From Octopus sinensis (lineage: Eukaryota): 64,000 nucleotides of DNA. The stretch spans positions 62,001 to 126,000 of the forward strand of contig NW_021832565.1 in the NCBI RefSeq assembly GCF_006345805.1, written 5' to 3'. The position numbers and the translations under genes are program-made. The first letter of the stretch is position 1; each line of letters starts with the position of its first letter. Below the pieces are notes generated by a model. It had not been told where the DNA came from. It ran no database searches and was given only the letters and a program-made list of their open reading frames with translations. Shown piece by piece: positions 11,183 through 25,140 of this stretch.

Positions 11183-13894
11183 ATGATATACATATACTGA
11201 TATATTTACACACATACATATATGCACATGCTTCATTATAAAAACTGGTCAAGTTGATAGCATGTTAGTCTAACATGTAAACATTTGTCATTCCACTTTT
11301 GCATTTTAGTCTGTGGCAAACAGACTTAATTTTCAGTCAATCTAATTACAAATAAGTATATGGTGTAACACGATTCGCTATTCTATGCAGCAGATGCACC
11401 ATACAGTTAATGAGTATTTCACAAGTTTACGGTGCAATGTTCAATTCTTCAAGACTGCTCTATCACTCTCTAGATTATGACATTTGTTGCTTCATTATTC
11501 AGAAAATTATATTTCTAATATAAATTGCACACTTTAAGCAATATACTTATTAAATTAAAATATAGGACTTTGCTGGTCTCAAGAGCATTTTATGTTAGTA
11601 TATCATTTAAACATAGTCATAGAAATTTAGGTAACTACTACATACAAATGTGTATTGCATATACAAATGTATATAGGGAAATTCTAGATCAGTCATGGAC
11701 AAATTGGAACCCTAGGGTCACATTTGGACTATGGGACTTCCTGAATAGCATACCTGATTGAAAATTTGTTTCAGTAGTGAATATTTTTAGTGGTGTGATC
11801 TATGACTCATGTAGCCAGCTTCACAAGAAAGGTTGTCCATGCTTGCTCTTGATGGTCACACAACCTGTTAAAGATAGCAGCCAAATCTTCCAAAAATCTT
11901 ACTTTGCAGTCCTAAAAATGATTGGAGAGATTAGATAATAAGGTTCTCACTTAAGAAAAAAATGGTTTATTACTCAGATCTGACTTAGGATTAAACAATT
12001 GCAACAAATGAATATATCATGCAAGTTCAGTCTACTCCAGATGAATGGTCTTCATTTGAAGAAAAGGTAAAGAAAATAATATGTCTGATTTGTAAAGAAA
12101 GCATAAAAGAATTTCTTACCAAATTATTAAGATAGTTAAATTGAATGGCTTAAAAGAAATCCGTTGTTGGTACTTGCATGAAGATCTTTCTCCTTTGTCT
12201 TTGTTACATAATGCTTTTACTGTCACAGAAAATGCATTCATCTTAATAAATGGTAAAGAATATATGGGAAAGAAAATCTAAAAATTATGAAATGTTCAAC
12301 CCCCCAGCATGTAAAAATACAATCTGCTGCATATATATGTATATTCATTTTTTTTCCTTTCAAGCTGGTGAAATATATCTATATTTCTTTCTAAATCCAT
12401 AAAATGTCTGGTGATTCCAAACCCCATTAAATTAATCTTGATAAATGTCTCTTATACAAAATATTTTGATGAATACTTCTACTTGGAAGTTTTTCCAATA
12501 ATAATTCCTTATTTCAAAAGCTGGGTATGTTAGATGTTAATCATACCATTTATTGATCAGGAATTGTTTTTAAGCTAACTCCAGCATGATTTGACACCAG
12601 GTGACTCTCAACTGGGTAAATATGGAACTATATACATGGCTTTTACCATTTTGCCACTCTCTTTACTCTTTAAAATTTATTTTTCATTCCCTTTTTCTCT
12701 TTTGCTTTTCCTTGCTGAAGAACACTGTAAACATCTCCTATTTACAGTATTAAACTAAATGCTTTTATTCATTATTTGATGTTCTATTTGTTTTCTTCAT
12801 GGTTCATTTGTTTCACAACCATTTTCTATACTTGGCATGATAAGATTACTTTATATCTATATGGTTGTGGCCAATAGTTTAGAACATAAGTCTGAAAATT
12901 TTTTATTAGAATTATGTATTACATTTTATGTTAGAATTTTTATATCAAATAAAAATCAAATGGAAATTGTAGCTGTGATACCTGTGCCGGTGGCACGTAA
13001 AAAGCACCATCCGAACGTGACCGATGCCAGTGCCACCTTGACTAGCTTCCGTGCCTGTGCCACATAAAAAAGCACCAACCTGTGCCGGTGGCATGTAAAA
13101 AGCACCCACTACACTTACGGAGTGGTTGGCGTTAGGAAGGGCATCCAGCTGTAGAAACACTGCCAGATCAGACTGGAGTTTGGTGCAGCCTCCTAGCTTC
13201 CAAGACCCTGGTCGAACCATCCAACCATTGCTAGCATGGAAAACTGACATTAAACGGAGATGATGATGATGCTGTTCCAAACTTTTGGCCACTACTGTAT
13301 ATATATATATGTGGGTGTGGTATCACGCGTGTGTGTGTGCAAATTGACATATATTTTAGAAAAATTTCATTAACAGCAGATGAGTAAATATTTGTTTTTT
13401 TTTTTTAAAGTGGCAAAATATGTTAATTTTGTTTGATCATCTCAGCACACATCATACAACTCCTCAAAGTGGTCTGGGTGGGTGCATTTTGAAAGTTAGT
13501 CCAATTGACCAGGAATCCTTGAGGTGTAGCAATCTCCTGTGGTGGAGTCTAAGGTCATGAGGTTTAATGAATGCAGTGGGGATTTAGATTAAACTTATGG
13601 GGAGGAGGTAAGCCGTCAGAGAAAATGATAGAAGGAAAAGGCCATGAGATGAACATTGATAAGTTCAAATAATCTGAGTTGTTAGCCAGTTTATATGAAG
13701 TGTTAAAGGGAATTTTATATGATATGGAGTGTATGAGTGTGTATGCACATGCTTGTGCATGCATACATGCTTATAACTATGTATATATATATATATACAT
13801 ATATATAAATTTATAAATAAGGATAATATCGATATTTAAATATCGATCTTATCAAGTGGCCAGCATGGGAATAAATACCATACATAATTTATAG

Positions 13895-13928
<34 letters not shown>

Positions 13929-13929
<1 letters not shown>

Positions 13930-14340
13930 GGCACAAACACAGCAGCATGGTAAGATGTTTGATTCCCAACCTCGTGGTTCTGGGTTCAGTCCCACTGTGT
14001 CATATATTGCTCAAGCACTTTCTCCAAAAGCTTGAGTGGATTTGGCAGACAGAGACTGCAAAAAGCCTATCGTGTGTGTCTGTGTGTGTGCACGTGGGCG
14101 TGCATGTGCATGCATGTACATGCATGTGTTTTGTGTGTGCATCTTTGTGTCTATGTTCGTCTCCCACAGTCACCTGACTACCTATGTTGGTGTGTTTATT
14201 TACATACACATAACTTAGTGGTTCAGCAAAAGAGTTCGATTGGAAAGGTACTGGGCTTTGAAAAAAGTGTCAATCAACTAAAAATTTCAAGGTGATGCCC
14301 CAACATAGCCATAGTGTAATGATTGAATCAAGTAAAGAAA
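13929..14340 (+). mobile_element. SINE family A
   Basis: Aligns to family A; abuts the Tc1 element. Confidence 0.8.
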
Positions 14341-14352
14341 AGGGGAAATATA

Positions 14353-15128
14353 CACAGGCGTAACAGAAGTAAATAGACACCCTCATAAAATATTGTTTTA
14401 TGTTTATTTTTACTTGAAAAGGTTTATATTTTTTATTAATTGTCATTTTAATGTTTCATGTTCTATATGTGACTGTTTGATATCATGTACAAAAGAAGCC
14501 TTGGAACTATCAGAATTTTAAGGAGGTTTTATTGTGGGTCAAACTGAGGGTGGAAACCTTGGAATCTTGCTTTCTACAGTCAATAGAATGATTGTGCAAT
14601 TCACCAGGGCCCTCTGACAGGACCCTTCTCTTTGTTAAAAGAAGTGTGAAGGATCTTTGTTGCCATAGAATGACAAGTTGATGTCAGTCCCAGAACAGCT
14701 GTCAGGTATCTCCACAAACTTGGTTACTATGGCAGAACACAGCTAAAAAAACACACAAGATTGGCTGGAAGAGGATGGCATTAAAAAGCTTCTATGGCCA
14801 AGCCAATCACCAGATATGAACCCTATTGAACATCTCTGGGGCATAGTAGACAGGACATTTCACAAAGATAACAAGAAAGCATTCTCAATGGCAGATCTTT
14901 TGAGATTTCTGCAAGAAACTTGGTAAGAAATTCCTCAAGCGAATATTTGTCATCTGATCAGTTGCATGCCTAATTCGTCCTTGCATTGAAAAGGGTGAAG
15001 AGTATGTCTGTTAAATATTAGATATTCACATTGTAATAATAATTGACAAATAATTTGAATGAATAATTTCAAATTTAAGTAAATTTTAATTATTATAAGT
15101 GTGTTTATTTACTTCTGTCATGTCTGTG
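14353..15128 (+). mobile_element. Internally deleted Tc1-like transposon
   Basis: ~28-bp TIRs (cacaggcgtaacagaagtaaatagacac / gtgtttatttacttctgtcatgtctgtg); TA TSD; Tc1 motif WPSQSPDMNPIEHLWGIV starting at 14795. Confidence 0.9.
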
Positions 15129-15400
15129 TATATTTGGCATTGAATTGGCAGAAGAACAGTATACAAAATTTGTGACAGTATTTGTATCAACTTTGTGTCG
15201 TGAGTTTAACTCTCATATAATGTCACAAGAAAAAGCTGTGTTCATCAGGGAGAGCTGAAAAGGATCATAGACTTGGGTACTTTTAAGTCGCAGCTCAAAT
15301 ATATCATCTGGTTTCTGCCTAACATAGCACACCAGCTGGCAGGAGGAATGCAAGGTTCTTTCAACTCCTGTACACTGAATGAATATAAAAGAGTGCTTAT

Positions 15401-15476
<76 letters not shown>

Positions 15477-15485
15477 GTAGGTAGG

Positions 15486-15575
<90 letters not shown>

Positions 15576-16499
15576 TACATATACATATAGATAGATAGAA
15601 ACACACACACTCACACACACTCCATTTGCTGAAAGTTTGAAATATCAATCCTGATTGTTCAGATGAGAAACTTGTCTGCTATTTTAGTCTTCTCGATTCT
15701 GGTATGTTAAAAGCCGAAGGAAATGATCCATACCTTTTGCAGAGAAAAGATGCAGAATCGTTCTAACAAGGGAGTGTCTACATCCGTGGAAAAACAGCAA
15801 GTGAATGACCCTGTAATGCCTTAAACAAGAGAAGCATATATTAGATAATGTAGTCCCTAGTTACCCTTAAAAAGATGATACAGCCACAACTGAATGCTTC
15901 TGATCAGAGGGTTTATCAATCAGATTTGGCTTGGCCTAAACTACAATAACAGCAATGACAAGAATAACAGAAACAACAGCAGCAAAATACTGATGCTTCC
16001 GTTAACAAACCATTCTTATAGAAAATATGAAGAGAAGCAAAAACAAAAAAAGAAAAGCAAAATAAAATGCGGGCAAGGTGATTTTATAGTAAAGATAATC
16101 AGTTAGTTTTTAGATATGCCTGGACAATTGATGAGTGGTCTGGGAGTTAATAGTTTTGAAACACAAAGTTCTGAGTTTCAATCCTTCAATAGATGACATC
16201 ATTTTTAAGTCTCTATGATCAATAAAACAACAAGAATCAGCACATAGGGACTATTGATTGAAAAGTGAAGCACGTTTGGCGTGGATCTCTGAATTAACCT
16301 TCACACTCATTCTAAGCATTTGATTAGTTAATAAATATCATCCATGCATATTGTCCATATTGCATATCTGCTCAGCTGGTGAGTAGAAACTTGCTATAAA
16401 ACAATGTCCTTGGCAGGAAAATTTTTGCATTCTCTGTTTATTACAATGGTGCAAATAACACAGATTTTTCTCCAGAGGCTAAAAGAAACAAACCAATAT

Positions 16500-17300
<801 letters not shown>

Positions 17301-18077
17301 CGTGAATATATACTCTATTGCATTGTTTAAAGCTAATATTTCTTGAATGTATACACTATCACTTAAAAGGACATACACTTTATACTACCTTGCTGTATTC
17401 ACCACACATAACATACAAGAGAGATATAACGAAATGTTTTCTGCTGGAATATTCTAGCTTAAATGATAAATGCCCGCATAACTGTTATTAGCATTAGTTA
17501 AGCTGATAAAGTGCTCCAAAATAGTCGCACAGGGAACCATTTCAATTCATCTTACAATTTCATTTCACTTGATTATTTCTCGCAAACCACTCAGGTGAAA
17601 ATGTGGCATGTTAAAATATTCCATGATTTATCTTATGTCAACTGCTTCAATGTAAATAAGATGTTTTATGAGGCCCTAAACTTTTGGTCAGATATTGAGC
17701 TACATTTTCTGTCTTTTGGGAAAGTAATTATTCACTTATTATGTAAAATTTCTGAAAATATTTTAATTTTACAATGCCTAACATATTGAAAACATTATGT
17801 CATTGCAGATAATGTTTGATAGGAGAAAGTTATTGTTACAAAGTGCACTGAAAGCTTTTATTTTAATCAGAGATAGTTGCTGATGTTGTAAACACTGATA
17901 GTGAACATATTGTCTTTACCTTGAAATCTTGAAATCGAACATCAGGGGTATCTTAAGTTCTATTCAATAGTCAACAAAACATTATGAAGCTACACACCCA
18001 CACACACACACACACATCATCATCATCATCCTAATTTAACGTCCGCTTAAAGGTGGACAGAAAGCATGTGTATATAA

Positions 18078-18297
18078 AACTGGCAGAAACGTTAGCACGC
18101 CAGGCAAAATGTGTAGCTGTATTTCGTCTGCCATTACGTTCTGAGTTCAAATTCTGCCGAGGTCGACTTTGCCTTTCATCCTTTCGGGGTCGATAGATTA
18201 AGTACCAGTTCACTGGGGTCGATGTAATCAACTTAATCTGTTTGTCTGTCCTTGTTTGTCCCCTCTGTGTTTAGCCCCTTGTGGGTAGTAAAGAAAT
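18078..18297 (+). mobile_element. SINE family B
   Basis: Near-consensus match to unit 1 of the 29371 trimer. Confidence 0.88.
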
Positions 18298-18572
18298 ATA
18301 TATATGTGTGTGTATGTGTGTATGTATGCACAAAATATATTCATTTATTATGTTATATAGAATATTGAATCTATTTTTTCCATATTGACATAGATTAAGG
18401 AATTGCTAATTTGAGGTGGTTTTTCTTATGGTGCGATGCCTTTCCTGTCATCAATCATTACCAGCTTTTCAAGTAAAGATTATTTTATTCTTGTAGATTT
18501 TGAAAGGGCAGAGCTTCAGAACATATTGCTCTTAAGCAATGTAAACATAACATTATTGTTTTATATACATAT

Positions 18573-18720
18573 GCAGATGAGGGCAGCTGCATCAAACTCT
18601 CTCATGCACCAAATGGTAATTGCTAAAAAGTATTCGTGAAGTAAAATCATGTAGCAACACCAAATGGCGGTGCCCCAGCATGACCACAGCTCGTGAGCTG
18701 AAACTAGATAAAATAAAAAT
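18573..18720 (+). mobile_element. 5'-truncated copy of the same CR1-group LINE (3' end only)
   Basis: gcagatgagggcagctgcatc...ggcggtgccccagcatg..cacagctcgtgagctgaaactag aligns to 52930-53066 and encodes the same QMRAAASNSLMHQ. Its tail is ATAAA-like rather than AATC. Confidence 0.92.
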
Positions 18721-18982
18721 ATACTAGCAAACAAACAAGCATACATACAGACATCTAAATATAGAAATACACATGCATACATATGTATTTATGTATGTAT
18801 GTATGTATGTATGTATGTATGTACGTATGTACGTATGTATGTATGTATGTATGTATGTATGTATGTATGTATGTATATATGTATTTGTTTTACTTTATTT
18901 TTGCTTGCTAGCAAGATAAATTATTGATTTGCTACAAACTGGTGTGTTGAGTCAAATGTCTTGCAATATTTTGGAAACTCAA

Positions 18983-19196
18983 GGTGGCGAGCTGGCAGAA
19001 ATGTTAGCACCAAGGGTGAAATGCTTAACAGCATTTCATCTGTCTTTATTTCCTGAGTTGAAATTCTCCCATGGTCAACTTTACCTTTCATCCTTTTGGG
19101 GTCGATAAATTAAGTACCAGTTGCATACTGGAGTTCGATCTAATCGACTGGCTCCCTCCCAAAATATTTTGGGCCTTGTGCCTAGAGTAGAAAAGG
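18983..19196 (+). mobile_element. SINE family B with 17-bp TSD
   Basis: ggtggcgagctggcagaa...ttttcatccttttggggtcgataaattaagtaccag core; TSD aatattttggaa(a/g)ctca at 18965-81 and 19197-213. Confidence 0.88.
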
Positions 19197-19289
19197 AATA
19201 TTTTGGAAGCTCATTTGCTTTATTAGCCAAGTTACAACAAAAGCAGTCTAGCATTCATGCCCATGTTTGGTGACAGGTGCCAAAAGCTG

Positions 19290-19604
19290 GCCCTTGCATA
19301 ATCTGTGCTTAGGCACATTAAAATTATGAAAAACAGATTATTACTTCTTCCAATCAATGGCTCACATCCTGTGCTTGCAATACTTCATCAGCCAAGTAGA
19401 GGTAGAAGCTTCAGTGGACGAGTTCTTTGCCTTAAAAGAACAAGCATTGGTATCAGTGTGGGATCAAAGAACTGGCAAAAAGGTGGCTTTATTCAATGCA
19501 ACATGGTGGCCTCTACTTTGAATGCTTGGGATGTTTGTTGTTGTAACTTCATGAATAAAGCAACTAAGCTACAAAAATTTTGCAAAATTTTTGACATAAC
19601 ACAA
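19290..19604 (+). mobile_element. Mariner transposase C-terminal relic with right TIR
   Basis: EASVDEFFALKEQA..GIK.LA.RW-like remnant; terminal ttttgcaaaatttttgacataacacaa followed by TA resembles a mariner TIR. Confidence 0.6.
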
Positions 19605-20279
19605 TATATTTATATTGAAATCAAATTTGATGGCTGGCATCCGAGCTAGTGGTGCACTAAGAGTACCATACGAGTTTGACAGATGCCAGAGCATCAAACT
19701 GGCTCCCATGCTAGTGACATGTAAAAAGCACCATTTGAGTGTGATCATTACCTGCGTCGCCTTACTGGCACTTGTGCAGGAGACACGTGAAAAAACATTT
19801 GAGCAAGGTCATTGCCAGTGCTGCTGGACTGGCTCCTGTGCAGGTGGCACATAAAAAGCACCATTTGAGAGTGGCCGTTGCCAGTACCACCTGACTGGCC
19901 CTCGTGCCGGTGGCACGTAAAAGCACCCACTACACTCTTGGAGTGGTTAGTGTTAGGAAGGACATCCAGCTGTAGAAACTCAACCAGATCAGATTGGAGC
20001 CTGGTGCAGCCATCTGGTTCACCAGACCTCAGTCAAGTCGTCCAACCCATGCTAGTATGGAAAGCGAACGTTAAACTATGATGATGAGGAGGAGGAGGAT
20101 CTCCTATGTGACCATGGAAAAACAGATGTAAAAATGATTAAACAAAGAAGCATATGTACTACCAAGCATGTTAATTTTTTTTTTGTATTTTTAGCATTTC
20201 ATCATGGAAAGAATGGCACACATGAGTCACTTAATTTTCAGAACTTTCTGAAATTGATAAGGAAGAAGGAAGTTATCAT

Positions 20280-20843
20280 CAACCAGAAGGCTTGCAACAG
20301 ATTTGCCTCTGTTCAAAGTACCCAAAACCAAGTGAGTGTTTTCAACAAAACCATAGATCCGGTCACTTTTGCTGGATGACCTCCCTCAAATGCTTTAAAA
20401 TGTTACAATAGAACTCTCAATTGATGGTCTGGTCCTAGAGGAGAATTCCTGATGCACAATACGACATACCACATTTCTGGGGTTGGCAGGTCTTCCAGAT
20501 CACTCATTATCTTCCAGGGACATTCTTCCACTTTTAAAGCACTCATGCCACTCAAAACATTGCATGCAACCCATTGCTTCATCGTCATAAGCTTCCTCAA
20601 TGTCTCTGTAGCAGACTTCTAAAGTTTAACACAAAATTTCACATTGGCTCTTTGTTCCTGTTTATGACAATATTGCAAACTAACACACACATGTGATCAC
20701 AAACTTATGAAGTAAACACTGCAATGTCACTCGGCACACTGCTTCATGAAGGTTACTGCTAGCTCTCACTGAGCACACAACCATGTGTTGCCACCTGTTG
20801 GCACACTACAGAACCAGTCCAGGCACTTTTTGATATTACCTTG
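20280..20843 (-). mobile_element. Mariner 5' half (TIR plus HTH-region relic)
   Basis: Minus strand gives EQRANVKFCVKL.KSATETLRKL and SGRMSLEDNE*SGRPAN. TIR-like caaggtaatatcaaaaagtg is preceded by TA. Confidence 0.75.
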
Positions 20844-21312
20844 TATTTACTATTCTCAATCATCTGCCATATATAAAGATTACCTTCTCTGTCAACCTGT
20901 CTGAGATCCTACTATACTTCTTATGAATCCTTCTGCTGACAATTATAATGCAATCTTAGATTTCATTTGCCAGGAACTAATTTATCCCTTGATTTGCGTA
21001 ACATGCCAAAATCATGTAATATTCCTTTAAAAGTTGTTGTCAGACTATGGAAAAATAGAGAATTCAACAAGACCAGTCAAAATGTTCTAAAAACATGTAA
21101 GAAATTAATATTCTTTCATCTTTTGTCTTTTGATTGTTTCAATCATTAGATTGTGGCCATGCTGGGGCACTGCCTTGAGGAATTTTAGATAAACTGGTCG
21201 ATCCCTGTACTTGGATGTAAGTACACCAACACCAGTAGTTAAGTGGTGGTAGTGTGACAAACACAGACACAAAAATATACACACATAGATGTATACATAC
21301 ACATATATATAT

Positions 21313-22080
21313 AAAGAGAAGGAGGAATAAGAAAGAAATTAGCAGAAAACTAAAAGTGGAGAATATAGTGTGATAGGTGAATAGAAATATTCTATCTAGG
21401 TCCTTTCCTTATGATAAAAGTAAATCTTTTTGTTCGCTCTGTAATAATGAACTGTATTTCATCCTGTTCTCATTTAAAAAATGCATTTATCATTGCAAAC
21501 ATTGGCAAAAACATACCTTTAGTTCTTATCAGTAATTTCTACCAGTGTATAAAATTTGACCTTTAACTGTCTTCTTACATTTCACTTACACTAGGTATAT
21601 CTATTTACATGCTTTTAATCTGTATTCATATTCACCTATTGCACTATATCTCTCCACTTTCAGTTTTCTGCTAATTTCTTTTTTCCTCCTACTTCTCTTT
21701 CTATAAATTGCCTTTCATGTTATATCTATTAACAGTTTTTTTTTTAAATATTACTTACCAGCCAGCATTCCCTTCATATGCAGCAATTACATTTGGTTTA
21801 AATCTCTTATTGATACGTTTTGTTTCTCTTTTTTTCCCTAATGGGAAGATTGCATTGTTTTACATCATTTTACTCCTGGAATAATATCAATGTTTTCTTC
21901 AAAACATATGTCGGCAGTATAAAGATTTGAATAACACCTGCGTTTAACTCCAATTATTTATTATCTATGTTATTTCAAAACATTTCCCTAAACCCTGGAA
22001 TTTCTACCTTTATAAGTGAGCTGTTACATCCTTGGTACTAATGCCAATTTTTGCTACCCTGGTAACTATTTATTTTTTCC
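21313..22080 (-). mobile_element. Possible Penelope-like relic (GIY-YIG remnant plus inverted terminal duplication)
   Basis: Minus 21795-21880 gives fragmentary PGV..CKQCNLP..GETKR.INKRFK. 21313-21389 is the inverted copy of 21623-21700. Confidence 0.35.
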
Positions 22081-22255
22081 ATGTTATTTGTAAACATAAA
22101 AAATATGCATACATTTATCAAAAATACACACACACACACACACATATAGTAACAAACTGAGGAAAAGAGATCCCTCAAAGGGGTGTGTTAAACATCCATT
22201 TCACAGGTATGTCAGTTGATTACCATATAGATATGGGTATAATGCAATTACAAAG

Positions 22256-23223
22256 ATAAATTCAATAGTGAGATACTATTGACAATCCAGTAATTTATTT
22301 ATATTATAATATTACATGATATACTATGAATATAATATAACATTATATTATATAGCATAATTATTTAAAATACCATAAAAGGCCAATGAATTGTTTCAAC
22401 TTATACATTTTCTGATGTATATATACAATAACAGTTTCCTTATATATAAGTCACTTCAGGGTAATGGTTTAATGACAGATAAAATTCTATGTGAAATGAC
22501 GGCTGGATTGTAAAAATTAATTCCAAAGTCTATGTATTATGAGTGTGAGCATTAACTATACAATAATACATCAATTACAATTAAAAAAACAACAAAAACA
22601 CTCTAACGGATGATACAACCAAGTAAGTGCAATCCACAACCATCAAAATTCATTTCATTACATCTCAAACACATACCAGTCAAAACCCGTTCATGTCTAA
22701 AAGAGTCCCTCGTCCCTACAACATACAACAATAAGATAGGTGTGTGTGTGTGTATATATATATGTATATAATTAAGTATTAAAGTCTTCCCCTATGTATA
22801 ACGGCAACAAAAAATATATAAATAATTACATTTTCAATACAACAACTCTTCTATTTATTTAGATTAACTGATATGAAAAACAAATATTGTTTAAATTAAC
22901 TAATAATAATTTTCTATATTTATTGTTTTCTTGGATGGATAATACCATAGTAGATATGACTAGGAACCTAATAAAAATTTTCCTTGCTTAGTTAATTTAT
23001 CATAGGGAGAATTCCATAATAAACATTAATATAAACTTAAGGCTGTAAAGGCAATAACCAAAGTACCCCGTAGATATATATTTTTAGGCTATAGTAATAG
23101 AAATCAAATTTACTAAATTTTTTAGGGGTAACCAGACTTGAAGTTATATTTATAGTATATCATGTAATATTATAATACAAATAAATTATTAGATTGTCAA
23201 TAGTATCTCTCTATTTAATTTAT
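22256..23223. repeat. 72-bp inverted repeats ~820 bp apart
   Basis: 22256-22327 versus 23152-23223. Confidence 0.8.
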
Positions 23224-23295
23224 TTATATATATATGTGTGTGTGTGTGTAGCCATATTAAATCTCTGAGTGAAAGGTAAACAGTAACAGTATGGA

Positions 23296-23466
23296 ATCAT
23301 AAAATATATTTGCCAACTAAATGTGGTGGTCCCACAGAGGACGAGGTTACTGTTGTTTTTAACCCCAGGAAGACATGTCATTAGCCAGTCTTCCTGGGGC
23401 TAAAAACATCTGTAACATCGTCCTCTATGGGACCACCACATTTAGTTGGCAAATATATTTTACGAT
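23296..23466. repeat. Long near-perfect inverted repeat (79-bp arms, 13-nt loop)
   Basis: 23296-23374 versus 23388-23466, with 6 mismatches. Confidence 0.92.
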
Positions 23467-23491
23467 ATATATATATGTTACAGTTGTTTTG

Positions 23492-23532
<41 letters not shown>

Positions 23533-24741
23533 GGAATATATATATATGCACACACACACAGACACAGATATATAGACAATCAGCTTCTCTCAGTTTCTGT
23601 CTGCCAAATCCTCCCACAAGGCTTTGGTCTGCTTGAGACTATAGTATAAGACTCGTGTCCAAGGTTCCATGCAGTGGGACTGAACCCAGAACCATGTCGT
23701 TGAGAAGCAAATTTATTATCACACAGCCACACCTGCACCTATATGTCATGAAATTTTACAAATTCTCTAATTTATCAATGCAACAGCAGTGTTTCATGAA
23801 CATGTGCATGCTTCTATGGTTTTGTGGATGCCATGTGAATTTGAGAACACTAGGAGTAACTAGAAGTCATTACTTCTTCATAATAGTAATTTCAATAATC
23901 AGTAAATGACATTTGAGTTTCAAATCATTAGACTTCTTTGACTTATCAAGCATATCGAGCAATTCACATAACATTCATTTGATTTAAAACTTAAAGTAAT
24001 CACTCGAACATGTGATTTGATAAATATTCTGTTTCTCTTCATTTAACTTTGATTGGCGTAATTAATATATATCAGACTACAGCAAAATGTTGTTAATGCT
24101 TCAGGACAAATGCCTTCCAGAAATTCAAAATTTCAGTTGCTTTTGAATAACAACTGTTCTAGAGCTAATAGTTCTTGATAAAATTCCCACTGAACTTTTA
24201 TTTTAAAAAAAATATTTAATTTCAGTATATTTAATTTTATTATATATTTGGTTTTAATTTTGTATTAATAATCCCTTTAAATCAGTGAGTAATGGTAGAA
24301 TATCTATTAAAATAGTTGTTATTAAACTAACAATAGTTCTCTTCAGCCAACCTACGACTGAAATTACCTGTCTAAGAGAAATGTTGTAATCATATTTTAA
24401 CTGTATTTCATATCCACAACAACTTCTTTAAACCAATTATCGCTACTGGTTCATCATTGATAAGTTAAATATATTTTGATTTGGATTTTAATGTTATATA
24501 AATCTTCTAGAGTTTTCTCTACTTAATAACCACTTGTCGATGCTATGAGGTTATATATTTTCAATATTATTAATTATTAAAGCGTGATTAAGACTGGAGC
24601 CTGGTGCAGCCATCTGGTTTGCCAGTCCTCAGTCAAATCGTCCAACCCATGCAGGCATGGAAAGTGGACGTTAAACGATGATGATGATGATGATGTATGG
24701 CAGAATTTGTAGAACTCAAAATACTTTGCAGTATGTCTTCA

Positions 24742-24982
24742 ATCTCTTACCTGTTTCAGTCATTAGGCTGCGGCCATGCTGGGGCACAGCCTTGAAATAA
24801 TTTTTTAGTCAAACCAATCAACCCCAATACTTTTTTTTTCTTTAAAGCCTGGTGCTTATCCTATCAGTCTCTTTTGCTGAACTGCTATGTTATTGGGATG
24901 TGAACACACCAACACCAGCTATCAAGCAGTGACGAGGGACAAACACAGACACAAAGACACTCACACACACATATACATGCAG

Positions 24983-25038
<56 letters not shown>

Positions 25039-25140
25039 GTATGGTCAGACTGAGGCTATAGTACAAGACACTTATCCAAGGTGCCACACAATAGGAGTGA
25101 ACCTGGCACCATGTGGTTGGGAAGGAAGCTTTTTACCATA
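24742..25140 (-). mobile_element. SINE family A
   Basis: Reverse-complement match to family A tail, core and head. Confidence 0.8.

Noticed and set aside
15225-15390. Possible old CR1 C-terminal remnant (ELKRIIDLGTFKSQL)
   Set aside because: The similarity is too weak to call without a profile search.
22900-23150. Possible mitochondrial insertion (AT-rich, mtDNA-like texture)
   Set aside because: No mitochondrial gene, tRNA or rRNA motif could be identified.
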